A stretch of DNA of 64,000 bases from Podarcis bocagei (taxonomy: Eukaryota). A model generated the notes under the pieces. That model saw only the letters and a program-made list of their open reading frames with translations, had not been told where the DNA came from and made no database searches. Positions 13,351 through 26,678 of this stretch are shown here, in pieces (position 1 is the first letter of the stretch; each line of letters starts with the position of its first letter). Both the position numbers and the translations under genes were made by a program. The stretch lies in assembly GCA_964188305.1 (NCBI GenBank), contig OZ076893.1. One strand, 5' to 3'.

Positions 13351-16300
13351 CACCTTCGGCATTATGATTCCTTTCAGATGCAGTCCAGCATTATCCCTTT
13401 ATGTTGTTAAAAGTACATGTCAAGTTGTTCTTGAGCTATTTTGTTTTCTCGGTGTCTTCTGTTCCAGTTCAAAAGACATTTTCATGTGTTGCATGTGAGA
13501 AGAGCTTTTTTGTTTCATATCAAGAGAATGAGAGATGTTATAGGAGCCAGTTCTTTTTATCAGGCAGTGAACAGTAGTCTGTTCACAAAGGCATTCTTAC
13601 TGAAATAAGAAATGTATTACAGCCTCCTAATATGTTGCAAGGAAACATTTTCTTAAGACATAATATACTAGGGTTGAGATAACCTCTGTGGCTTGCATCC
13701 TTGGGACAGTGCTTTGGCAGGAAAACAGAAAAACTGCCCAGATGGGAGATTGCATCTTTATAAAATACAATCCAGATGAACATGCACCATTATATTGTTT
13801 TGGCTAGTGCTTCTTGGGCCTTTTTTGCAGGGCTAGTCCAAGTTTGCTTGTTTTTGCTGTCCTAAGAGAAATAAAATTCCCCAATGTCTTATTGTATCCT
13901 CAGCAATGTAACACCGTAACGTTAGCAGTGTAACAACGTAGCAACGTAACATTAAAAGATCAAGAGTTGATCGGAGTATATATTCTCATTTTCATTTTTA
14001 ATGCGTGGCACTTCTTTACTTCTGTCTCTTTACAGATGTGTCTATCCCAAGGGCAACCCCTGAAACTTAGAAGGCTCTCAGTCTTGTCCCTTGAACTCCT
14101 GGAATATAAAATAGCTGATGAGGTGTTATCTTGCTTCTGAGTGTCTATTTTAGAAAAGCAGATTGGGCAGAATGTGTTGATAAAGATAACAGATTAACTT
14201 AATAGAAGAATTTAGGCTGTGTGGTTTTGGTCCTTCAACTGTATGCACATCATGCTGTTGTTCAGGGATAGTTTATCAAATCAAAGAGTCATCTTAGGTA
14301 CTTGCAAGATTGCAGCATTGCCAGATATATTGAATACACAAACTACTTTCATCTAAATAGCTTAGAAATAACCGTAATTGTGTGGGTGTGAGTTTTTTCA
14401 CCTAAATGTATGTTTTGGCTAATTGTTTAGTAATCTAACAGAAGTTATATGAACAAACAAAGAAACTTGGAACAAACTGTAGAAACGTTCGTATTTGAAG
14501 CTTTATTTTTAAAGGGGGCAGAGGTTTTCTTAACAGAGGGATGTTTACTAATTCTAGGGTGAAATACAGCCTTGGACCTCTCTTCCTCCCTGCCCCCTCA
14601 TTTCGGGCAGTAACAGAGATGCACATCTATGAGCAATCTAGTACATTTTCCCTCAGTTGTGCTTAACATTTGCAAAATGCTTTTTCTGTGTTTTTGTGAT
14701 GTCCCACAAATGGATTTTGTGTCTGTACAAAACTGAGAAAAAAGAGCTTTTTGAAGGGAAATGGTGCTTCTGTCCCCCTTCTGTCGAGAACTGCAAGCTC
14801 TCCATCACAGATCCTTCCACATGGCTGGTGTCTGTAATTGCAGAGTAGTATAAATTTGGTAGGCCACTCCCTGCTGACGTTAAGAATCGTTCCTACTTTT
14901 GCCCTTTTCCAGAATTCTGCATGTATTTATAATATTTATTTCCTGGTTTTCAGTATAAGCAATTAAAACCACAGCATTATAATATGATTGGGGAGAAAAT
15001 AAGCAGATGAAGCAAAGCTGTCACTTGATCCAGTCCTGTCTTTGTGACAGTGGGCTCTGGACGATGTGCTACAGCCTTTCTGTTCTTCAAAAGCTTTTCT
15101 CCTGAAGCAATCTGCACACCACCAAGTATGTAGCTTACAAGTCACCTATCTGTGGGACTACCCAGAGACCACAATAGCTTATATTACTTTATATAAGCTA
15201 TGAGTCCTCAAAGCAGTGTAAGCCTAAGTGAAATTAATTTTACCAACAATACAACCTAAATAAGTTCTATTTACTTTAGTAGAATTATTCCACTGTAGGC
15301 AGCTTGTTGAATTCGCTGCTACTTGTTCAGCATCACCAGGTAAAAATAAAAATAATTTACAACAGAACATTAATACCTTGCGAAATAGTTGGGTTGAAAA
15401 GTATAGTATAGAATGTAGAGAGGATGTCGTGAATAGCAATACAGATATTTATAAAAGTGTTGTCATGTGTGAGTATGAGATCACAGAGAGGCATTGGATT
15501 TATTTTGCATCTTCACACACAAACACTGTGTGGAGAGAGAGAAAATACTGTTTGTGAGATTCAGTGGTAGCTCTCATGTATGTTAAATTGTGTGTGTGCA
15601 AAATTTACTAAGAGAAATGAATCAAGAACCAGGCATCATAGTTGAATTTATAAGGAATGAGCATTTGTTTTTCTTTTGGAACTTTAGAGGGGGGGAATGC
15701 ATTGTAAAACGAAGACATTTGAGATTACTGTATTTAAAAAATACAGTATTTAAAAAATACTTGTGCAGGACAAGTCATTAAATGTCAATTCATATGTCAG
15801 GCAGACAGTGGCAGCTGCTTCTTAATGTGTGGCATTATCCAATATTAAATCAGTGGCAAATGGACAGTTTGATAGATACTGTCATCAATGCAAAGATTAT
15901 TAAAATAGTTTTGAAACTCACTTTTAACTTTGTTTTAAGCTAAGTAGCATTTAGGCTTATGCAAGCTTACCCCCTCACAGCAACGGCCATTGCCTTTCCA
16001 GCTTTTAGCTAACAAAGCACAGGCCATCTCTGCTAGTTCTTTGGTGACAGTGTAAGCCTGTTTATGGTTTTCTATGCATATCATAGCCAAGGGTCTATGA
16101 ACAAAATTTCCATTTGCAAGCACATCATTGTGGAATAGTACTCAGTGGTCTTTTCACTTTGATTGATGGTTTTGGTTTTGCACCATCTGGCTTCTGATAG
16201 GCTGCATTAATCATAACCCAGAGAAAGAAAACCAAGAAAATATATGCATTACTGTTTAATGTCTGTGCGTGTCAATGTCTAGGAGTGTTAATTTCAGTAT

Positions 16301-17548
16301 ATAACATTAAAAACATTTATATTGATAGATAAAAATTGGTTACATATGAAATTACTTATGCAGCCTACATAGAGAGTGATCCATTCATGTGTGTATATTT
16401 CACAGTAGTTCAGCAACTCAATTATGTTTCATTCAGGCTGAAATCCCTCTACACACTTATATGGGGGAAAGTCCCAGATGTGGACTTTGCATCGTGAGTA
16501 GATATGTGTAGGATTGTGCTGTCAGTTTTCTTCCATTTCTAACACAAGAGATTATAAATGAATCTGAGCACATCAAAATGACTGGGTGTATAATTAATAT
16601 TAGGTTTCAGGTTACATTTTAGGCCACTTAAAAATGGCCTTTGGAGTTCAAAATAATTTGCTTTACGTTTTTTGTAAAACCACAAAATTGTGGCTTTTCT
16701 ATAAAACCACTCCAAAATTGTGAACATGATTTTAAATCTCTTTAAAAAGATCCATCAGCTCTGTTTCAAATATGTACTATTTGTTCTTAGATATTAGTAT
16801 CATCAAATACATGAATTTAATTTTCACATTCAGTTTATGAATATGATGAGTACTGTGAGTACTGTTACTTTATCATTAAAGCCTCCTATTTAAAACCAAA
16901 TATTTTAATAGATTTTAGTTCATAGCTTAAAATGACTGTGTCAACATGTGATCAGGTTTGATTGAAGGAGCAAGTTACACCAGCAGAGTGTCAGATTTTT
17001 TTTAATGCTGCCATTGTGCTGATGAAACATCTAGATATGACAGCACAGGCTCTTAAAAAAGAGAGACTCAGGGTGTAATTCAGTGTCATGCTATGGAAGA
17101 TTCTGTCTGTGCAAGCATTTTAGCTTGCCAGCTGGAACAATCCTTCCTCTCCTCCCCCTGTATGCTGTTTTGTGGGTTCTCCTGACACCACCCCCAAGTC
17201 AGTTTTGGGGGCTGTGGGGAATTGCAGGTGGAGAAGCCCCATTGCAGAAGCAGAAGCCCTTCGGCAGGGCTTCTGCTGATGGGGCTCGTTAGGTGAAGTC
17301 TTAAAAGACTAGCAACCTAACCCTGCCCCACATATCAGTTTACCCCAAAAAAGTCATAATAAGCTAAAAAAACACCTGCAGAACGGTGTTTCTGGAGCAA
17401 ATAGCTTCTGATATTTAGAAATACAGTATAGCATAGACGTTCCTTAGTGTCTTTAATCCTTCATTTTTGTTTTTAAGTAACATATTGTGCTATGCACTGT
17501 GCTTCATTCATCTTGATTTGATTGGTTCTTACACCAGACTTGTGTCTA

Positions 17549-17874
17549 AAAAGGTAAAGGTAAAGGGACCCCTGACCATTAGGTCCAGTCGTGACTGACT
17601 CTGAGGTTGCGGCGTACGGCTTCCGGGTCATGTGACCAGCATGACTAAGCCGCTTCTGGCGAACCAGAGCAGTGCATGGAAACGCCGTTTACCTTCCCGC
17701 CAGAGTGGTACCTATTTATCTACTTGCACTTTGACGTGCTTTCGAACTGCTAGGTTGGCAGGAGCAGGGACCAAGCAACAGGAGCTCACCCCGTCGCGGG
17801 GATTCAAACCGCCGACCTTCTGATCGGCAAGTCCTAGGCTCTGTGGTTTAACCTACAGTGCCACCCGCGTCCCT
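17549..17874 (-). mobile_element. Sauria SINE (lacertid POM-type), full length with internal deletion
   Basis: (AAAGGT)n tail, gggacccctgaccattaggtccagtc, ggtacctatttatctacttgcact and a tRNA-like head ending ccacccgcgtccc. Perfect 12-bp TSD GACTTGTGTCTA at 17537-17548 and 17875-17886. Confidence 0.93.
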
Positions 17875-18767
17875 GACTTGTGTCTAGGATAGTGCTTTTC
17901 TAGTTTTCCAGCTAGCGATCAGAGTCAGAGTGATAGAGAATGGATTCTTCTGAAAGGTGGTAGTTGGCACATGAGGACAATATATTGGTTGCTGTCCTTC
18001 CATTTCACACTCCCCTGCCCAGTGGTAGTCCTGCTTGTGTATTGGGATTAGCAGTGATCACCATGGTTGACATCTGGCTTGTGGTTGTCTGACTTTGTCA
18101 ATGTGCAGGCCACCCACAGAATACTATGGATTTGTTACAGAACTCCATTGCACTCAAAGAAGGAGTTTCTGTTCACAAAAAGGATCATTCCATGACTTGG
18201 AGCAGAACATTTGGCTCCAACCCCTTGATTGCTGTGGACAGCATAAATCTGGAAATATATGAAATGCTTTCAACCCTCTACATTGCAATATAGCTTGATG
18301 CTGCTGGTGATCTAATACATAACACGAAGTTAAGCTTTTATGTAAACCTGCTTGCTTTATTACCTCAGGCATAGATTCCATCAAGTGAAAGCCACAGTAC
18401 TGTATTCCACAACATTTATGAGATGTCTCAATTAAAAAATTATATAAACTGGTGTGTGTAAAGATAAGAATTATCAAAATAATTGTGCTCTTTAAGTTTC
18501 AGGTGTCTGGCTTTACTAGTACTTTAGCTAAGGTGGGGGAAACCCCAAATTATAAGCACTCTGACAAAGCTAGGAATAAACATTAAATTCCTGTGCATCA
18601 GAGCATTGCACTTTTTGGATCCTGGGCAACAAGTCACCTGGGAGTTTTACCTGTCTATGTTCATGAAGGCATCTTTCTTTTCCAGTTCCAAAGACATTTG
18701 TAGAAGTTTAAATGCTAAATTTCAAAGGCAGAAAAATAGAATTTGTACATACTTTCAAAAAAAATTG

Positions 18768-19170
18768 CCGTATTTTTCGCCCCATAGGGCGCACCGCCCT
18801 ATAGGACGCACCAAGTTTTTTGGGGGGGAAATAAAGAAAAAAAATTATTTCCCTCCCAGGCACGGGGCTGGCGCGGGGGAAGCCCGAGCTTCCCCAGCCC
18901 CCAGAACAGCCTGCTATCCGCAAGCCTAGGGAGCCGCGCCGGTCTCCCCAGGCTTGCGGACAGCTGTGCGAAGCCCGGGCGCACTCTTCAGCGCGCCCGA
19001 GGCTTCGGAATGCAGGCAGCTCTGCGCAACCCTCCGGAGCCGGGCGCAGCTTGGCGCTGGAGGGTTGCGCAGGCTTCAGCGAAAGCTTGTATTCGCCCCA
19101 TAGGACACACACACATTTCCCCTTCATTTTTGGAGGGGAAAAAGTGCGTCCTGTAGGGCGAAAAATACGG
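18768..19170 (+). mobile_element. Tc1/mariner (Tc2/pogo-like) MITE, CCGTATTTTTCG family, copy 1
   Basis: TIRs CCGTATTTTTCGCCCCATAGG / CCTGTAGGGCGAAAAATACGG. Flanks are TG on the left and TA on the right (TA TSD, one side mutated). CpG-rich core. Confidence 0.88.
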
Positions 19171-21039
19171 TACCTTAACACAACTAGGTGTAAATAGCAC
19201 TCAATAGCACCTTGGCCCTGACACAACTCCGTTGATGGGGTGAAGCACAGTCAAACTGTAAATAAAATAAATAAATGTGGAAGACTGAGTTTTGGGGGAT
19301 GGAAAGTGCATCATTTCAACTGAGCTACTTGGGGAGGTAATGCAAATGATGTAGTGCTTTGGCGAGATTTTCTCCCCAAACATCCAAAAAAAAACATCTG
19401 AAACTGTTTTTAAGCTGAGCAACCAGTAAGATCCAATACAAATTTCTCTGCCTTTCCTGCCTGTCTTCTTTCTTGCTTCAAAATCTTTGGAACATAACAT
19501 ATAACAAAAGAGAGTAGAAGGTGCAATCTACACATCTTCCTGCCAGCTAAAACAAAAATCACCAGGTCTAATCTTAGTCAAACTAGTCCTGACAGGGTTT
19601 ATTTTAGGGTAAATATTTATCAGGTTTACTCGAAGACATTTGGCATAATCTTCATTATAATTAAGTCGTGTAGTTTGGGACAAAATAAATGCTGCCCTAG
19701 GAAGCTATTGAGAAATTGGAAAAACCAGTTGCTGACAGAGCGAAAACAAACAAACCCACGTTGGCTATTCTGCACACTCGCTCCCATGATGACTTAATGG
19801 CCTTAATTTTAACATATCTGGAGCCTTGGTTTATTGGTTCTAAGATGTGCTGGATTCCTTAATGATTCTGTGCAAAAAGGGGGGGGGTATGATCCTGCAA
19901 GATACTGTGATAGATCACAGGCATGTTGAGACATTTTTTACATGCAAGACTCCCTACCAAATGGTACCCAGCAGTTGCAATTTGATACAGCTTCAATCTG
20001 ATCAAGATGGAATGAGTTAATGGGTTGGTAATGAATTTTGTTCAGTTAACTTTTCTAAGAAAACAGACCTAATTCATATTCTTTGGACTAATACATAGAT
20101 TGAAATACGGGGGGGGGTTGGATTATGCTATAAAAATATAAAAACCGTGTATTTTGAGAGGGAATATGTGTAAATGTTAGCTGAAAATATATAAAATTGT
20201 GCATTTTAGTGAAAAATACTGCATTTGTGTGCATTTTTAAAAAATGAGGAAATAGAAGGAACCTATGTTTGAACACATGCAAAACTGACATAGACCAAAA
20301 ATAGACTGATCCATCCACCCCTACCATTAAATAATTACAAGCTGCTATGGTTCTGAAGGCCTTTTTCTTCCTTACCAAATTGTTCAGGAAAGTTGGTGCC
20401 TCCTAAGAATTATGAATAAGAAAGAAGATTGTGGTCTTGAATTTTAAATGCAAGATAATATGCTAAAGTTGATACTCAGTACCACACTCTTTATATCACC
20501 TGCTCAGGGTCAGGCCCTACCATGAGGCAGAGTGAGGCAGCTGCCTCAGGTTGCAAATTCTGAGAGTGGAAAGTGGTTAGAAAGTTGCACAAAGTTGGAT
20601 TTGCTGACTTACCTGGCTTTGGAAAGGTGGTGCAAGGACTCTGGCAGCATCCACACCCCATCATGGCAGGGTCCTAGAGTCCTTGTGCCTCCTTCTCAAA
20701 GCCAGGCAAGTATTTATCAGGCATTGGGGAGGAGGAGGGAGGACTCTAGGACCCTTCAGTAGCCCTTGTTCCACCTTCCCAAAGCTGGACATGCAGCCCT
20801 CCACCTTGCAGGGGGCTGGTTCTGGGGATATACATGTCCATGTCCACCCACAGAACCTAACCCTCACATAAGATATAAGGCAGCTGTACTGATATTTTAT
20901 TTTAAATAAGAAATATGCAGAAAATAATTAGAATGAAAGTTCAGTTATTTAAAAACAATATATTAATAATGCAGAGGTACACATTATATAGAGTTTGCAT
21001 ACAAACAGGTATAAAACAAAACCATCTAGAAGATACAAA

Positions 21040-21293
21040 GCAGCTGTGGTGTAGTGGTTAAGAGCGGTAGACTCGTAATCTGGGGAACCGGGTTCGCGTC
21101 TCCGCTCCTCCACATGCAGCTGCTGGGTGACCTTGGGCCAGTCACACTTCTTTGAAGTCTCTCAGCCTCACTCACCTCACAAAGAGTTTGTTGTGGGGTA
21201 GGAAGGGAAAGGAGAATGTTAGCTGCTTTGAGACTCCTTCGGGTAGTGATAAAGCGGAATATCAAATCCAAACTCCTCTTCTTCTCTTCTTCT
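21040..21293 (+). mobile_element. tRNA-derived SINE (Squam3-type)
   Basis: Pol III A box TGGTGTAGTGG and B-box-like GGTTCGCGTCTCC. Body gggtgaccttgggccagtcac...ctcagcctcactcacctcac, an L2-like 3' end gctttgagactccttcgggtagtgataaagcgg, and a (CTT)n tail. Confidence 0.88.
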
Positions 21294-21769
21294 TTATAAT
21301 CTTGCCATTCATTATTACTGTACAGCAACATAAGTCGGATTTCAGTGTTGGACATTGTTACTGCTAAAGATGCTGTGTTGTCTATAATAATAGTTAATAT
21401 ATCCTTATGAATTAACAATGATTTCTCTGTTGGGAACTGATTCTGGTCTTATTAACTGCCTCAAGGTGAATTAAGTATAGAAAATATAACCCTCGTTATT
21501 AACTTGTTTTTCTTTCTCATAACCTGTGAGTTTCTCCAGTGGGAGTTTTTTGGATGGAAAAAAGGAGGGAGGATAAACAATGAAAGAAATAAAATTCATA
21601 TTTTATGGTGTCTATCATTTTGGGGCTTGCAGAGATGTTATCAGATCTGTTGGCTTTGTTTGCAAAGCATCCCATTCATAAATTATATTTGATGAAGGCA
21701 GAGAAAAAATTATGTAAGTTGTTGAGTGAGCCAGTGACATAGAGGACAGAGTGCAAGGCATGAATCTAA

Positions 21770-22075
21770 ATCTCAACAGGAAGTGATCTGACCATGACAA
21801 GGAACTGATGTCAATATCCCCCACTTTCAGATCACCCTCTCATGCCCAGTTGAGAAAGCAAGGTCCAGAGTGTGGACTGCCACATGTGTTGGGCCGGTGA
21901 CATGTTGGGACAACTTTGTGGTCATCATGGTAGCCATGAAGTCATAAGCCATCCCAAAGCCAATCGTCTTGCTGTGGATGTTGAAGTCCCACAGAACCAG
22001 CAGCCTGGGAGTCCTCAACACCTCTGACAGCAGCTTTGTCAGCTCAGGCCAGGAGACTGCTGGGCAGTAGCCAGT
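21770..22075 (-). mobile_element. L2-clade LINE ORF2 APE endonuclease fragment
   Basis: Minus-strand translation LLVLWDFNIH ... QHVTGPTHVAVHTLDLAF ... WSDHFLLRF gives the GDFN, PT..TLD and SDH endonuclease motifs, with a frameshift. Confidence 0.88.
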
Positions 22076-25000
22076 TTGTTCAAAAGTGGGATATAAATAT
22101 TACAATTCAGATGTATAAGCCTCAGCTGAAAGATATTACTAGGCGTCATCTAGATTACAATTAAGGCATTTTACAAAATGGTGGAATAGGCTATCTTCCT
22201 TTCCCCCTTGACCCCCTCTCTTTTACCTCTCTCACCTACCCATTCCTAATTCTTATGTTGTCTGTACATTTAGCACCTAGTGGAAAAGTGGGGGAGCTAC
22301 AGTATTCTCCACACTTCTTTTTTCTACATGGAGGGAATATGTTTATCTCACTTCTGATCCTCTTTAGACTGTGAAAGAGCTTCAGCGGCAAGTGCTCAAA
22401 AGCTGGCTCACATAATTCTTTAGACTTTTTGTTCAGAATCCATATTTCAGTGCAGAAAAAAACACCGGGATGCATCTTAATCCTGTAAGCACCTCATGAG
22501 GTGCAAGAGAGGAGACCTCTTGGAGTCTGCCTGAGGCTTCAGGAATGGTTTTGTGGCATCTCTGCACACACTGCATGGTACCTGGGTCTGCAGAACTTCG
22601 TGAATAGTCGGTTTATTTTTCAGAGCTCCTCTAGAGCCATAACTATCCCGAGTCTTCTGATGCAGTGCTGTTATGTTCTGTGACTGTGTGACAGTGCAGT
22701 CACATTTCTCTTTTGAAATGAAAGATCACAACCTCAGCTCGGTAGAAGTCAAGTCAGTTCTTTACGCATGAAAGCACAGGAATTGTTTGTTCTTCATGGC
22801 AAAGATCAAAGGAATATTTTAATGGTAAAACACAAACCTTCAACCTCAGCTCATTAAAATGAATTTGCCTTTTCACTCTCAAACCCTGCTGCTGCACAGT
22901 GTTTGTTTTACAGCATAATACGTGACACAGAGAACACTTGGGGTCTACATAATTTGACCTTGAGTATACATTACTTGAACTAACGTCTACTAAGCATGCT
23001 CCTTCATAGCCCCCATGTATTTCAATGGGAGGTGCAAGATGGTTGGATTTACCATCTGCAATAATCGAAATAATTTCCAAATTCCAATCGAGGGACTTGA
23101 GTGGAGCACTTATAACCCAGCAGCAGATTTCTGTGTGCAAGTATTGTATTGCAGTAGATTTTTTTTAATAATAGGTTTTATCTTTATCATAATTATACTG
23201 CTATGTAGTTAATGTGCTTCTTAATATTAACATTGCACACTATTAGATGTTCTTAGGTTGTGAAATGAATAAAACTTAACTGGTCTTTGAAAAATAGAAG
23301 GAAGTTCAAATGCACATATAATATTGAGATTAATGTTATATAACAACTGGGACACCTGATCACAATCTTTCCCACTACTGCGAAATGTATAGTAATCACT
23401 CCTAAATTTACAGCTCTACATATACAAATTTATTAAAAACATTCTCCTCTTTTTCCCTTTCTTTTTGTGGATGTGCAAGTGGCCAGTCTGCACTCCCCCT
23501 GCTCCTGCCATACATGTTTCTGACAGCTCTTTTTCATCTTACTCTATAGCAGCTTATACTACACTGGTTTCTGAATCAGGCCTAATTCCTCATATCAGTT
23601 TCCTTTTTATATTTAGGCCTCATTTTTTGGCCTTCTAGCAGTTTTAAGTTTTTTAAAAGATGAAAATTTTTACTAGAACTACAGCTGAAATAAAGACAAA
23701 CTGAATGTTTCTTCTCCTTTGTCTTCAAAAGTAGTGCTTTCTTATTGGCTGAAACGATTCCCCAATTGAATGCCCTAAAGCTACTAGTTTTCCTTTTCAC
23801 ACTGCCTAGCACATCTCTGGTGATAAGTGAACACAACAAACATTAGTAGTAGGTTCAGTGCTTTAGTGTTAAACCAGAAATGCAAGAAACAATACTTTGC
23901 AAACACGTGTCATGCATAGGAAAGTTGAGTTTGCACAGTGTTCTTCTGTGTGGACACTGCCTGCTGCACTGTTCCATAGCAGTTCCCCTGTTCCTATTTG
24001 GACTTGGTTTGTAGAGATTCAGTGTTGTCCTAGGTACTGTGGTTCCAATATATCAGGAGGACACCATCCTCTCTAATGTGTTTGTGTCTGCTATCTTCTG
24101 TTGCTCTGTTGTCACTGTGTTTCTCCTTTTTATGTTCTCAGTCAGATGGGTAGGCCTGCCAATCCCATTGTAATTTCTTTCAGCTTGTTCTCATCATGTG
24201 CCGCCTTTGTGAAACCCCATTCTAAGTAATTTTGGGAAGTATGGACTTCTTTCATATATTGAAAAATCTAAGTGCAATCAGGAAGGCAACTGTGATCTTT
24301 AGGCAAAAGAACATGTTGACAGGAATGGTAATGTTTAACTAATTCCTGCTTCTCATGGGGTTATTCAGGAAGGTCTGTTAAAGCTAAATATTCTTTCAGA
24401 ATTACAGTAGAGAACAGGAGTCTTTATTTTAATTGAGGGCTGGATAAAATACAAACTAATTAACCCCAAATAAGCTTCCTTGTTTGCCCCCCTTTTTAAA
24501 TGAACTTGGGGTGCTCAGTTTTGCAATTTCAATCATATTTTTAGATTGCATTTTAACACCATCTGCACCTTGAAAAAGATGGTAATATCTTGCACAGTTG
24601 GAAATACTTGTTAATGAGTACTTGGGGGAGGAGTATGAAGGGATAGATATAGTCCAGCTAATTAAGTTAAATTATAAACAACATACAGTGGAGAAGATTA
24701 TCTATTTGTCATTCTACTTTACCTGCTCTACTTATTAGATATATGTAACTGCTGAAGATAGACACACTCATAGGATTACAATGTCAAACTGCTGTCTGGC
24801 TTTCCTTTTCTACTTTAAAGAGCTGCTTTATAACAGAACCAAATCAAGTCTACATCTTGGTGGTCAGCCTGCAACTCTGAGACTAGCTCTCTGGGATATG
24901 AAGGAAGAGGCTGCTGCTTCTTCTTCTTCTTCTTCCCCTCCTCCTCCTCTTTTTCTCAGGTTTAATGGTATTGCAAAGTCACTTCTGTAAATATATTTTT

Positions 25001-26678
25001 TACTGAAGATAAGATACTTGGATCAGAAGTATTCTTCACCACTAGTTCCTATGGTGGCTGGTGCACTTTGGGACTGGTAAGGTAGAAGGCAAGGAGAAGT
25101 AGATGGAAACAGAACCAGTGACAGGCGCATGTTCCAGAGCTCATCCATTACATTGAAAAGTCGTGAGACTGAGCTCTGGCTCAGATTAAGGTCTGTGTGT
25201 ACTTGTGCAGCAGATCCACCATATCTGATTTTTAAAAAATCATTTATTTGCTAATCGCCCCCTCAAGCACAGTAGAATATATTGTCACCCTTCCTTTCCT
25301 TGTTGTTCTATAAACATTTTATTTATTGTCAAATACTGAGTCAGCTGCTGCCTCCTAGAGAGCATTATAGAAAAGAATTGGCCTATTTTACTGCTAAAGC
25401 TGTCAAAACAATATGAAATTTAGTTTTGGGGTTTGTCTTTGTTTGGGGGCATGTATTGGGCCAAAATTACTGTCATAAGTATAGCCTTTTGACTGATTGA
25501 CAATACAGTATCTGAGAAGTGATGTGGGCTCTCATAATAATGTGACATTTTATGAGCAGTTTGACTGCTTTCATTACCTGAATTTATACCTGGATTTCCA
25601 TATTAGAGCTGCTCAAGATAGGAGTGCTGTCAGGACAGAGTTTGTGGGACTGTTTTGAAATCATTGTTGCTGTCTCTAATAAGATGAAGACACAGCACTG
25701 ATAAATATTTTAATTGCAAAGAAAAAACAGTTGATATTAATTTGTAGGTCATTGAAGAAGAAAAGTTTACAGGTTCATTTCAAAAGATATGCAAGCAAAT
25801 GTTGAACTTGTTTCTCTTGTGTTGTTATTGTTGTATAAGTAACTTTAATTAGAACATTTCGAAATACAACGTCACTGGGAGCTAATATTCCTTTTTTTAA
25901 AAAACTAAGAACAGTTTTTCAACAAAATCTCACAGAATCGTTTTCAGTGTTTGGAGGAGGTGTGGAGGAAGACTTGTTTACTTTTTCAAACAATGTGTTT
26001 TCTCATTTATAATTGAATATTAATATTTATCATTTTTATTGTACCACTGCAGCATATTACAATTAAAATATTGGCATGTCCTTTCATTTAGACTGTTCCC
26101 ATTTTTACATAAGCTTGTTTTGGCCATGTTGTGGTGAAATTTTTGTGTTTACAGCTCAAAATACATAAATCCTAAATATTTTATTTTAAATAAATGCAAT
26201 TCCACTACTAGGTAGGTTACCGTCTGATATAGTTATATCCAACCCAATGATATTTGCTTTTTTAAAAAAGTACCTTTGGAAATTACAGTATACATCAGTT
26301 CCATTGCAATTGATTAGGCTCTCTTACAAATATATGTATGACACTTTGAGTGTTATTCTGTTACCTGTGCTACATCGCTGTTAATTTAGTTCAGTAGTCC
26401 ATGTGTGATGAAAAATGTAGCATCAGTTTTCTCAAGTTTAAATGTTAAAGATTAGTATATCCTAGTCCCATGGGGACAATTCACAATATCAGAAAATTGG
26501 CACTGCTTGCTGTGAGCTAAGTATTCATTACTTGGTTATCAGCTATCTCTTCATAGCTTAAAGAAAAGGGCGGGGGGAGAATGTGTAAGCCAAAAACTCA
26601 CTGTGGCTCATGCACGGTCTGTGAAACCATGGTTTCCTATGGTGTCTGAACCCAGTGCTTTTGAGATTAAACATTATA

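Noticed and set aside
18708-19226. 172-aa ORF and similar ORFs at 45039-45477 and 47958-48798 (shared RIFRPIGRTF peptides)
   Set aside because: The shared peptides are translations of MITE TIRs. GC-rich cores simply lack stop codons, and there are no DDE or HTH transposase motifs.
21040-21115. tRNA-like sequence with A/B boxes
   Set aside because: It is the head of a SINE that continues into the SINE body and (CTT)n tail, not a tRNA gene.
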